This document shows, piece by piece, positions 1 to 8,832 of a DNA stretch of 17,860 nt. The notes beneath the pieces are model-generated. The model was not told where the DNA came from. It searched no databases and saw only the letters and a program-made list of their open reading frames with translations. Numbering within the stretch: the stretch's first letter is position 1; every line of letters starts with the position of its first letter. Made by a program: the position numbers and the translations under genes. This DNA is from an uncultured archaeon (GTDB lineage: Archaea; Asgardarchaeota; Thorarchaeia; Thorarchaeales; CAZPUN01): contig CAZPUN010000034.1 of assembly GCA_964589775.1 (NCBI GenBank), forward strand, positions 1-17,860, read 5' to 3'.

Positions 1-651
1 AATGATTTTGAAAAAAGTGAAGCCAAAGTAGCAATAATTACAGGAGAAGGCGAAAAAGCCTTTGCTGCAGGTGCTGACCTTAACGAATTTTATAAGAAAA
101 ATGAATCCGAAATTATGAATATTCTCGAAGATGGCAAAAAAGCTTTGATGAAAATTGAAAGCATTGACAAGCCTGTAATAGCTGCCGTAAATGGTTTAGC
201 ACTTGGTGGTGGTTGCGAATTAGCTCTTGCTTGTGATATTCGTGTGGCCTCCGAAAATGCCAAATTTGGTCTTCCTGAAATGAATCTCGGGATCTTTCCC
301 GGTTGGGGCGGTATCCAACGCTTGGTGTGGGCAATTAGTATAAATCATGCAAAAGAACTAGTTTTTACAGGTGATATGATCGATGCTAAAACAGCTGAGA
401 AATGGGGGCTTGTAAATAAGGTTGTTGCTCCTGAAGAACTTATGGATACTGTTATGAAATTGGCTGAAAAAATCGCATCTAAGAGCTCTGCCGCATTAGC
501 TGCTGCAAAATCGTCTTTCAGAAGAGCTATCCTGAATATGGAAGATGCAATAAATGAGGATCAGAAAGAATTCGCAAAATTGTTTAATGGTCCAGACCCT
601 GAAGAAGGAATTGCTGCTTTCTTCGAAAAGCGAAAGCCTAATTTCAAATAA
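1..651 (+). CDS. Enoyl-CoA hydratase/isomerase (crotonase family), 5'-truncated by the window edge
   Basis: Frame is open from base 1 (NDFEKSEAKVAIITGEGEKAFAAGADLNE), so the track start at 115 is internal. Crotonase motifs present: AFAAGADL, KPVIAAVNGLALGGGCELALACDIR, FGLPEMNLGIFPGWGG, and C-terminal EGIAAFFEKRKPNF. Confidence 0.96.
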   Translation, partial: NDFEKSEAKVAIITGEGEKAFAAGADLNEFYKKNESEIMNILEDGKKALMKIESIDKPVIAAVNGLALGGGCELALACDIRVASENAKFGLPEMNLGIFPGWGGIQRLVWAISINHAKELVFTGDMIDAKTAEKWGLVNKVVAPEELMDTVMKLAEKIASKSSAALAAAKSSFRRAILNMEDAINEDQKEFAKLFNGPDPEEGIAAFFEKRKPNFK

Positions 652-672
652 TACAAAAAGAGGGCTTTGCCC

Positions 673-1269
673 TCAATATACTCCTGTTTCTCTGAAAACA
701 CGACGGATGGGGTCAAGTAAAATCGTTGTTATTATGGATGTCGTTGCTTCTGTAATTGGTCCTACTAACCAAAGATAACCTCCATATAATGGTATGAATA
801 ATCCTACAATTCCGTAGAAAATCGCATCGTTAAGTGTCAAACCCCACAATAGATATCCTACAATTGATGTGATAGCATCATAAATGAACATTAGTATATA
901 CAGTTTTACAATTAGAATTACCTTTTCAAAGAACAACATCTCATCTTCATAACTTATTGTAAGCCCTGATATAAAGCCAATGGCTGCCATTGTGCCACCC
1001 ATAAGGATTGTATATGGCGAAACGCCCCATGGACTAATTACGTCGCTTAGTAAGAAACCCGTAAAACCAATAAATATTCCTGCAACTGGACCCAAGAAAA
1101 TTGCTCCAATAAAAGTAAACACGCCAATTATATTTGTCCATTGTACTATAACTGAAAGTCCCGTCATTATAAATGCAATTCTGATCCCTACAGGTATTGC
1201 CGCAAATAGTGCTATGAGTACAATATATATGCTTGGTCTAATCTTCCTATTCATTAATTCCATTTTCAT
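673..1269 (-). CDS. ECF transporter S component (substrate unknown)
   Basis: About 6 hydrophobic helices with the S-component pattern IALFAAI...GAIFLGPVAGIFIGFTGFLLSD...SPYTIL. Start moved from 1383 to ATG 1269 (alternatives GTG 1272, ATG 1263, ATG 1254) because a minus-strand TTTATATA box lies at 1298-1305. Confidence 0.8.
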   Translation of the reverse strand: MKMELMNRKIRPSIYIVLIALFAAIPVGIRIAFIMTGLSVIVQWTNIIGVFTFIGAIFLGPVAGIFIGFTGFLLSDVISPWGVSPYTILMGGTMAAIGFISGLTISYEDEMLFFEKVILIVKLYILMFIYDAITSIVGYLLWGLTLNDAIFYGIVGLFIPLYGGYLWLVGPITEATTSIITTILLDPIRRVFRETGVY

Positions 1270-1441
1270 CACTAGGATAAAATATCCTACATATCCGATA
1301 TATAAATCCGCTGATTTATGACTTTTTGTATTCATTTCAATTGTGGTCCAAAAAATTAGACTACAAAAAATAAAATCCTGCAAGTTTAAATTAGTATGAT
1401 AAAAAATTAGAATTTCATCTATATTTTTCTACAGATATTTT

Positions 1442-1600
1442 TTATTCCATTGGTTCAAAATCTTCTTTGCTTGCACCACATACGGGGCAGACCCAATCAT
1501 CTGGGATTTCTTCGAATGGCGTTCCAGGCTCAATGCCACCATCTGGATCTCCTTCATCAGGATCGTATACCCAACCACATATCTTGCATATATATTTCAT
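1442..1600 (-). CDS. Rubredoxin (52 aa), absent from the ORF track
   Basis: Hand translation gives [52 protein letters not shown]. Two CxxCG motifs and [15 protein letters not shown] are the rubredoxin signature. SD GGTGA lies just upstream. Confidence 0.98.
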   Translation of the reverse strand: MKYICKICGWVYDPDEGDPDGGIEPGTPFEEIPDDWVCPVCGASKEDFEPME

Positions 1601-1746
1601 AAAATCACCACTCTTAATTTTGATTTTCTCATTAAAAAGTTCTTCTATTTAATTGATTTAAATAAATGTCATAAAATTAAAAATATAGTCTGTATCCATA
1701 AACTAGTTTTTTATATGTAAATATCATACATATTAATATAAATAAG

Positions 1747-3762
1747 ATGAAACCATTGGTGCGCGCTATGAATAAAAGAGCAATGCAAGAATGTGCATGT
1801 ATATTAAATGAACGGGATAAATCTTTAGTATTATCGATAATAGACAAATCGAAAACATATGTGGAATTTTTAGAATCTCTCGAAAAAGCGCTTGATAATG
1901 AGCAATTTATAAACTTGGATTCTTATCATATAGTTTCGTTTATGGTTCTGATGGCTGGTCGTAGAAGTTCTCTAATGAAATTGCTTAATAAATTAATTCC
2001 GCGTTATCCATCTTTGAAAATAGAGCTTCTATCCATGGCGTCGTATGTGCAGGAAAAAGACTTAAAATATGAAATGTGGATTGATCAAATCGAGCTTCTT
2101 ATTCGTAGACTGAAGGACAATCCTGTATCCTTAATGGTAGCAAGAGTTTTGAAAATTGTTGGGTCGATTTTGATCTGGCATAAATTTGATAAAATTGAAC
2201 AAGAACACGATATATTTGGAGTTATTGACGATCTAATGAATAAATGCGAATGTTTTTCGATTTTCAAATCAATCTTATACTCATTTTATGCTTTTGCATA
2301 TCATCAATTAGGTTCCACAGATATATCGTTAGAGATGCTGACGCAAGCCGAAAAATTACTGAGAGATTGTATAATTGAAACATCACAAGTTATGAATATG
2401 AAAGGAATTATTTTAGGCGAAATTGGTCGTGCTGAAGAGAGTATAAATGCATGCCAAGTAGCTTATAAAGCAAGGTATGAACTTGGAAATATCGTGGGAG
2501 CCGCTGCGGCATTAAACAACATGGCGATGCAATATTGGAGTATTGGCGATACTGAAAAAGCGTCTGCACAAATCATGAAAGCAATTGAAATGTTTCGGGA
2601 GTACAATTTTCCAACTGTAGTTCCAATGTTAAATCTCGCCCTGATTTATATTGGTGATGGAGATTACGAAAAAGCGTTGACAATTGCGCTTCAAGCAAAA
2701 AGTCAGGCAAAGGCATTTGGAATGAGCTATATTGGTCTTCCAATGGTTTTATCACAGGCATACATTTATCTAAAACGATTTGATGAAGCTGAAAAATATA
2801 TAGCTGAATACAAAAATATGATGGAAAAATCCAGTTCTAAAAGAGATACCTTTGCGTATCATTTCTTGGTTGGGTTGTTGGAAAAAACTCGTTTGAATCT
2901 ATATAATTCTACCAATGAATTTTTGAAGGCTATTGAAATTGCAGAAGATTTTAACATGATTTCAGAGATCATAGAGACAAAGATAAAGTTTGCTGAAACT
3001 ATGCTTCATAAGTATCTTATTGTGAAGGATATGTCATTCATACAAATTGCTGAAGCTCACATTGAGGATGCAAGATTAATCTGTGAGGAGCAAGAACTGG
3101 ACCGCCAACTGTATTATACTGTTAAATTATCTGTTTATATCGAAACCATTCTCGGTAATAAAAAGAAAGCAAAAGATATTGTAAATGAAGCAATTGCAAA
3201 GTTTGACAGTAATCCTCCATTGCAAAAGAAATTGGTTAAATTACGTGAAGAAGTTAAGAAATCAGGTTCGAAGCGTGATGTTGAATCGCTTATTCGCAGC
3301 TTTACGGACAGTGCTCAAAAATTACTTCGAATTCACATATTTAAGAGACCAAAAAAGATATCATTCAAATTATTGGGTTATATCATTATGATGAAACAGA
3401 GCGGTCTTGCAATAATTTCCAAAATATACGACCAAAAAATCTCTACAGATAGTAATCTTGTGGCCGGATTGATTTCCGCAGTAAGTACATTTCTGCAGCA
3501 AATATCTAACAATAAGAATGAGGGAAACTTAAAGTCCATTTTGCACGAGAACATATCCATTCTTATTGAAACTGATGAGCAGTTTAGCTATCTCTTACTT
3601 GTAGATCATGAAACCTATGAGGCGCGAAAGTTACTACGTAAAATTTCACAAACCTTCCGAAAGAATTATCCTGCAAATACTGATTGGGATGGAAATCTCG
3701 GAGTATTCAAGAATGCTGAAAAAGTAATAACGCCAATTGTTCAAAGTTTTATTGAGCAATAA
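1747..3762 (+). CDS. TPR-repeat protein with C-terminal longin-like domain
   Basis: TPR-like repeats (AAALNNMAMQYWSIGDTEKA, MLNLALIYIGDGDYEKAL, LSQAYIYLKRFDEAEKY). The last ~130 aa have a longin pattern (YIIMMKQSGLAIISK...LVAGLISAVSTFLQQI...LKSILHENISILIE...WDGNLGVF) typical of Asgard proteins. Confidence 0.8.
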   Translation: MKPLVRAMNKRAMQECACILNERDKSLVLSIIDKSKTYVEFLESLEKALDNEQFINLDSYHIVSFMVLMAGRRSSLMKLLNKLIPRYPSLKIELLSMASYVQEKDLKYEMWIDQIELLIRRLKDNPVSLMVARVLKIVGSILIWHKFDKIEQEHDIFGVIDDLMNKCECFSIFKSILYSFYAFAYHQLGSTDISLEMLTQAEKLLRDCIIETSQVMNMKGIILGEIGRAEESINACQVAYKARYELGNIVGAAAALNNMAMQYWSIGDTEKASAQIMKAIEMFREYNFPTVVPMLNLALIYIGDGDYEKALTIALQAKSQAKAFGMSYIGLPMVLSQAYIYLKRFDEAEKYIAEYKNMMEKSSSKRDTFAYHFLVGLLEKTRLNLYNSTNEFLKAIEIAEDFNMISEIIETKIKFAETMLHKYLIVKDMSFIQIAEAHIEDARLICEEQELDRQLYYTVKLSVYIETILGNKKKAKDIVNEAIAKFDSNPPLQKKLVKLREEVKKSGSKRDVESLIRSFTDSAQKLLRIHIFKRPKKISFKLLGYIIMMKQSGLAIISKIYDQKISTDSNLVAGLISAVSTFLQQISNNKNEGNLKSILHENISILIETDEQFSYLLLVDHETYEARKLLRKISQTFRKNYPANTDWDGNLGVFKNAEKVITPIVQSFIEQ

Positions 3763-3853
3763 GTTTCATTACTTTTTTAGTTACATTTTAATACGTAACA
3801 AGAAAGTTTTTTATTGATTTTATTTATTTATTCAACATTGTTCGCTTTTATGG

Positions 3854-4972
3854 ATGGAGAGGAATACAATGTTAGATGTAAAACTTACAAAACTGCCTAT
3901 GCATCTTAAAATTGCTGTTAATGGTGCTTTTAAGGCTCGCCAAGCTATGTCTGTAGTTGGAGATATTTTAAAAGCTCAGATTAGAAATGGAGGAGACTAT
4001 GATGAAGCCGTAAGTGTGCTATCTGAGATAAAAAGTATCAAAGATTTTCCTCGAGTTTTTGAAAGTCTTGGCATGAAATGGGAAGAAGTTGCTCTTATGA
4101 CTCCGGATTCAGAAAAGGCTCGTGAATTATACTTAAGATCTGCTATATATTATGCGATTGCTGCGGAGTTTCCATTTATCGAATCTATGGAAGAACGCAA
4201 GAAATTATACGAGCGATACATGACATGTTATTTGGATGCTTTACGAGCTTATTCAGATTGGGATTGGGAACGTATTGAGATTCCTTTTGGTGAACACATA
4301 ATTCCAGCGATACTTACGAAAAAGAAAGATATTGAAAAGCCACCTGTTGTAATCTTATTGCATGGTCTGTGGGGCTCAAAAGAAAGTAATCATTGGATCG
4401 CTGAATTGCTTGTTAATAATGGGTTTGCTGTTCTTCGAATTGACTTACCGGGTCATGGCGAATCTAAATATCCTTTCACCCCCGATGTAGAAAATACAAT
4501 TAAAGCGACGATCGACTATATTTATTCACGTAATGATTTAAATTCTGAGCGTATTTGTGTAGCCGGAATAAGTCTTGGTGGTCATACGGCACTTAAGAGT
4601 GGTGACGATGAACGTATTTCTACTATAATTGATATTGCTGGGTTTTATGGTATTTCTTCTGAAGAAGCAAAGAAGATAAATGCTATTCTGAAACGAATGA
4701 TGTTAGCAGTCACTGGTATGTCTGAGAAAGAATTCATGAAATCTTCCGAGAAAATGACGTTATCTGGTGTAATAAAGAAAATAAAATGTCCTGTGTTAAT
4801 AATACATGGTGAAAAAGATAACACCGTACCTGTAATTCAAGCTCAAAAAATCTACGACGAATTAGAGTGTGAAAAGCAAATCCATATAATTCCTGATGCA
4901 GGCCATACATTTATCGGTAAGATGGATGAGGTTGCTAAATTGGCTATCGATTGGTTAAAAGAAAAATTATAG
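3854..4972 (+). CDS. Alpha/beta-fold serine hydrolase (FrsA/2,6-dihydroxypseudooxynicotine hydrolase-like)
   Basis: Motifs PPVVILLHGL, IDLPGHGES, nucleophile elbow GISLGG, HGEKDNTVP and AGH. Helical N-terminal region with ARELYLRSAIYY. Confidence 0.88.
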   Translation: MERNTMLDVKLTKLPMHLKIAVNGAFKARQAMSVVGDILKAQIRNGGDYDEAVSVLSEIKSIKDFPRVFESLGMKWEEVALMTPDSEKARELYLRSAIYYAIAAEFPFIESMEERKKLYERYMTCYLDALRAYSDWDWERIEIPFGEHIIPAILTKKKDIEKPPVVILLHGLWGSKESNHWIAELLVNNGFAVLRIDLPGHGESKYPFTPDVENTIKATIDYIYSRNDLNSERICVAGISLGGHTALKSGDDERISTIIDIAGFYGISSEEAKKINAILKRMMLAVTGMSEKEFMKSSEKMTLSGVIKKIKCPVLIIHGEKDNTVPVIQAQKIYDELECEKQIHIIPDAGHTFIGKMDEVAKLAIDWLKEKL

Positions 4973-4990
4973 GAAGAGAATTATTCCGAC

Positions 4991-5812
4991 CTAGTGAGCA
5001 TTAATCCACTCCAAAATATCTGCCAGTACATTTTCTCTTCCTATTTCATTCATTATTTCATGATAAAAGCCATCATATTTCTTGAATGCTTTGTCTTTTA
5101 TTGTAAGTCTATGATAGAAATCTTCTACACTTTCTGGATCTGCTAGCTTATCTTCCGAGCCAATTAATAGGAAAATAGGAACTGTAATCTTGTTAGCAAA
5201 TTTCTTCTTAGTTTCATCAGCTGCTCTGAATAATTCAGCCCCTAATTTTACAGTTGTTTCCTTAAAGACTAATGGATCCTTTGCATACGCTTCTGAAATG
5301 TCCTTGTCATGGGTCAAAATCGAAGGATCTATTGTTTGTTTGATTGTTTTCTTTGGCGAGATCTTTGATAATATCTTTGCACCTATTACTACTCCTTTTG
5401 ATACATCTGCATTTATGCCGATAGCAGGTCCAGTGGCTATTATTCCTTTCAATTTTTCTGGATGATATGCTGCATACCTTACAGATATTAGACCGCCCAT
5501 ACTGTGTCCAAGCATAAATACTTTATCTATCGATTCTTCTTTTAGCACATGTTCTACGAAACTATCAACATCTTTTATGAAGGTATCAAAATTATCTACA
5601 TACGCTTTTAGTCCTCCACTCTTGCCATGCCCTCTTAGATCCATCATATAAAATGAATATCCATTCTTTGCGAAAAATTCTCCTACATGATCATATCTGC
5701 CAGAATGTTCTGCAAAGCCATGCACACCTATGATAATTCCTTTTGGTGTTTCTGTGGTCCATTTTCTATATGTAAAGTTCAGACCATTGATATTTAGATT
5801 TAATTCTTCCAT
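4991..5812 (-). CDS. Monoacylglycerol lipase/lysophospholipase (Hydrolase_4 family)
   Basis: Motifs VHGFAEHSGRY, DLRGHGKSGG, GHSMGG, GSEDKLAD and YDGFYHEIMNE. Confidence 0.93.
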   Translation of the reverse strand: MEELNLNINGLNFTYRKWTTETPKGIIIGVHGFAEHSGRYDHVGEFFAKNGYSFYMMDLRGHGKSGGLKAYVDNFDTFIKDVDSFVEHVLKEESIDKVFMLGHSMGGLISVRYAAYHPEKLKGIIATGPAIGINADVSKGVVIGAKILSKISPKKTIKQTIDPSILTHDKDISEAYAKDPLVFKETTVKLGAELFRAADETKKKFANKITVPIFLLIGSEDKLADPESVEDFYHRLTIKDKAFKKYDGFYHEIMNEIGRENVLADILEWINAH

Positions 5813-6056
5813 TTTAATCGCCCAGTTTACTAAGAATTTTGAAAATTTAAGTTATGTGCTATTAATTGTTTATTATTTTTCTAGAAAACGCATACTTGTC
5901 TTTTTTGAAAATTCAATCAATAATCCTCACAAAAAATAATAAATACGAACTTTTTATTCAAAAAATAAAAAAAAAGTGTTTATTTTTATGATTATATATA
6001 TATCTTTATATATAGCTTTGAAGAAATGAAAATACGCATGATGGAGGTAATGCCCC

Positions 6057-6518
6057 TTGGAATATAGAGAACTAATTGCATATATGAATTCTCTACTCGG
6101 ATCTCTTGTATTTGCAAGTGATTATTTAGGTATTGATACACAGCTATTATCAAGAATTACAGGAAATGAAATGAATAACCTATTCAAGGATGTTACCCTA
6201 GCAATTGGTGGCATTGAAAACATAGGTGGTTCATTTTCAGAGGTTATAAATCAATTTGGCGAGCATGTTACGGAACGAAAAATTACTTCAGAATTCAAAG
6301 TAATTTCTGATAGTGATTCTGAAATCACTTTTACAGTAAAAGATTGTATATTTTCAATGACACGCCAAAAGCTTAGAGAATCAAAAATACCGTTTTGTTT
6401 CTTTTTGACTAATTTATCTGGAGTCATAGAAGACAAAACTGGCAAGATATTAACAATAAAATCACAAAGTTATGATCTAGACAGTAATACCTGTACAATA
6501 TGTGCAAAAATTGAGTAG
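6057..6518 (+). CDS. Stand-alone V4R-like (methanogen output domain-like) small-ligand-binding protein
   Basis: TTG start with SD GGAGGT. Pattern ITFTVKDCIF...PFCFFLTNLSGVIE...TCTI gives the three-Cys arrangement of V4R-type domains. TTTATATA box near 6004-6011. Confidence 0.6.
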   Translation: MEYRELIAYMNSLLGSLVFASDYLGIDTQLLSRITGNEMNNLFKDVTLAIGGIENIGGSFSEVINQFGEHVTERKITSEFKVISDSDSEITFTVKDCIFSMTRQKLRESKIPFCFFLTNLSGVIEDKTGKILTIKSQSYDLDSNTCTICAKIE

Positions 6519-6532
6519 GACCGGTGGAAATC

Positions 6533-6655
6533 ATGGCTGAGACCTGTAAAACTTGCAAATATGCAGAAAAGGGTACTGGTTCCATGATATGGTGTAATAA
6601 GAAAGAGGTTTATGTTCCTGCTGAAGGTAAATGTGAATTTTACGAAGCAGCATAA
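6533..6655 (+). CDS. Small four-cysteine metal-binding protein (40 aa; HiPIP-like spacing), absent from the ORF track
   Basis: Hand translation gives MAETCKTCKYAEKGTGSMIWCNKKEVYVPAEGKCEFYEAA*. It has C-x2-C-x12-C-x12-C, SD GGTGG, starts 14 nt after the upstream stop and is followed by a T-tract. Confidence 0.8.
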   Translation: MAETCKTCKYAEKGTGSMIWCNKKEVYVPAEGKCEFYEAA

Positions 6656-6764
6656 ACCTTACTATTAAACTTTTTTATATTATCGAATTAACTAGGAATA
6701 TTTTTTAATCTTTTAATTTTATTATTATTAATTGAGTATTGTGAGTAAAATTGAGGGGAATGAG

Positions 6765-8075
6765 ATGAGTGTTCTTTCCGCAGTAAAAGATATAGCACGC
6801 AATCTGGAATTGGAAATTCCGATTGAGAAATGTCCGCAACGTAGAAAATTAATTGCACAGGTTGAAGATATAAACTATTTTTGCAAACGTGTAAGCACTG
6901 ATCTAGAGTCTGAGGAATATTTGGAGTATGCTCGCGATTTTGAGAGGTTAATTTCTCTAGTTAATGGTATGAAGGACATTGTACTGGAAATTGAAAATAC
7001 TGAATATCGTGATAAGATTGTTGATATTCTATGGAAATTTGCAACAAAAATTAATCGTATAGGTGAACTTATGGATAAACTGTTTGAAGTGAATGGGATT
7101 TCTGAAGATGATCTACACAGTGGAGTGCCATTAAAAATAGAAAAAGATTTAGAGCTGTCTTCTCTTAATATTGATGAAGAGGAGGTCATACCATCCGTTA
7201 AGACCGAAAAGCCCCAGAAGGAAGAGATTAAAGTGCCCGAAAAGGAACGCGAGGAGAAGAGTGTATCCCCCGAGATGCCCTCAATATCTTTACCGACATC
7301 CTCAAAATATGTTGCAAAACCAAAACCATACAAAATTGAGGATGTTGAAAAAGTTGTGCCTAAGAAGATAGTTCCATTAAAGCCTTGGGAATCTGCATCT
7401 GAGCTTGTAAGAATTGTTCCCAAAAATCTTGTACGCTCTTTTGAGTATGCATGTGAACTTGATCAGCTGCGTGAATACTCCAAGGCGATTGAAGAATATG
7501 CAAATATAGGTTCAGAGCTTCGTCACATTTTAAACGAAGAATCTGATGATCGCAAAAAGAAAATTTTACAAGATGCAATTGATGTCATATTGAAGAGGAT
7601 CGATACTCTAAAGGGACTTATGGAAGAACGAAAGACTATTGAAACAGAAGCACGTAAGGTATTTGCTGAGCCAACTACTGTGTCTGCAGAAGATATTGGC
7701 AAGTTCTCAAATATTCCTCAAGAAATTCGATATCTTCGTCTTAACAATCCATGGATCACTGGAGCTGCTGTCATCACGCGGAATGGAATTCTAGTATGGC
7801 AGACGCCCAATTGGGACGTTGCACAAGATGTGTCGCAAATAATCAAAAGCATTCAGTCTGGAATTAATATTCTTATGTTTCGTGATGTGAACTATCGTGT
7901 TAATTACAAGACGCCTGAAGGAATTATTGCTTCTAATGATGCTGGAAAGGGTCATCTAATTCTTGGCGCAAGTCCAGAATTTGGTTGGCTGCTTGTTCAT
8001 GTGATTTCAGATATTGATCCATTTCCAATATTTGGAAAAACCGTTTTAACTGCAAAATCGTTGCATCTCACATAA
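6765..8075 (+). CDS. Multidomain protein: helical N-terminus, charged/Pro linker, MIT-like domain, C-terminal Asgard profilin-like domain
   Basis: MIT pattern FEYACELDQLREYSKAIEEY...LNEESDDRKKKILQDAIDVILKRIDTLK (about 7425-7619). Profilin pattern GAAVITRNGILVWQTPNWDV...FRDVNYRV...IIASNDAGKGHLI (about 7707-8075). ATG 6765 with SD GAGGGG preferred over the track start 6732. Confidence 0.8.
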   Translation: MSVLSAVKDIARNLELEIPIEKCPQRRKLIAQVEDINYFCKRVSTDLESEEYLEYARDFERLISLVNGMKDIVLEIENTEYRDKIVDILWKFATKINRIGELMDKLFEVNGISEDDLHSGVPLKIEKDLELSSLNIDEEEVIPSVKTEKPQKEEIKVPEKEREEKSVSPEMPSISLPTSSKYVAKPKPYKIEDVEKVVPKKIVPLKPWESASELVRIVPKNLVRSFEYACELDQLREYSKAIEEYANIGSELRHILNEESDDRKKKILQDAIDVILKRIDTLKGLMEERKTIETEARKVFAEPTTVSAEDIGKFSNIPQEIRYLRLNNPWITGAAVITRNGILVWQTPNWDVAQDVSQIIKSIQSGINILMFRDVNYRVNYKTPEGIIASNDAGKGHLILGASPEFGWLLVHVISDIDPFPIFGKTVLTAKSLHLT

Positions 8076-8160
8076 TTTTTCTTTTTTTGATAATACTAAT
8101 ACCTATATATTCACTAAATTAATATTGACTTTCAGATATTAACTCCTATGAGGCATAACT

Positions 8161-8673
8161 ATGCAAGATGACAGACCCCCAAAAGATGAATATTATATGG
8201 GTATCGCAAAAGCAGTTTCTATACGTTCTCCGTGTTTAAGAAGAAAATTCGGTGCTATTATTGTACTAAACGATGCAATTGTGAGCACTGGCTATAATGG
8301 TCCTGCACGTGGTGTAATTAACTGTGCTGAGGTCGGATGTTTAAAAGATTTAAAAAATGCGCCATCTTATGCGGCTTATGATTTATGTCCTGCAGTTCAT
8401 GCTGAAGAAAATGCATTGATCAATGCTGCAAGAAATGGCTCTGCAGTCAAAGATGGAGTACTTTACATTTATGGTGAGAATGCCAAAACTGGAGAGCCAG
8501 CAGAATCAATTCCATGTGACCGATGCAAACGTGCCATTATTAATTCTGGTATAAAGAAAGTAGTAACTTCATCTCCAACTGGAAAATTAATTGAGTATAA
8601 TGTTCAAGATTGGGTACAATATGATACTGAGCGATATTTGAAATTGATTGAAGAGGCTAAGAAGAACCTTTAA
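8161..8673 (+). CDS. dCMP deaminase family protein (ComEB-like, zinc-dependent)
   Basis: Motifs DEYYMGIA...RSPCLRRKFGAIIV, STGYNG, AVHAEENALINAA and PCDRCKRAIINSGI. Confidence 0.93.
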   Translation: MQDDRPPKDEYYMGIAKAVSIRSPCLRRKFGAIIVLNDAIVSTGYNGPARGVINCAEVGCLKDLKNAPSYAAYDLCPAVHAEENALINAARNGSAVKDGVLYIYGENAKTGEPAESIPCDRCKRAIINSGIKKVVTSSPTGKLIEYNVQDWVQYDTERYLKLIEEAKKNL

Positions 8674-8832
8674 TCATTAATTTTTACAAGAAAATCATAT
8701 ATTTTCGAATATTGAATTCATGTTGTATCGTATATTTTTATTTTTAATACTTTTTATGAAAATCTTTTCTACTATGAAGTGAAAAAGTTCATAAGCAATT
8801 GTTTTGTAATTTTATATCTGGAGGATGTCAAA

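Noticed and set aside
1467-1652. Track ORF on + strand (61 aa)
   Set aside because: Antisense shadow of the rubredoxin gene.
6875-7423. 182-aa minus-strand ORF
   Set aside because: Ser/Phe-rich antisense shadow of the Glu/Lys-rich MIT-profilin gene.
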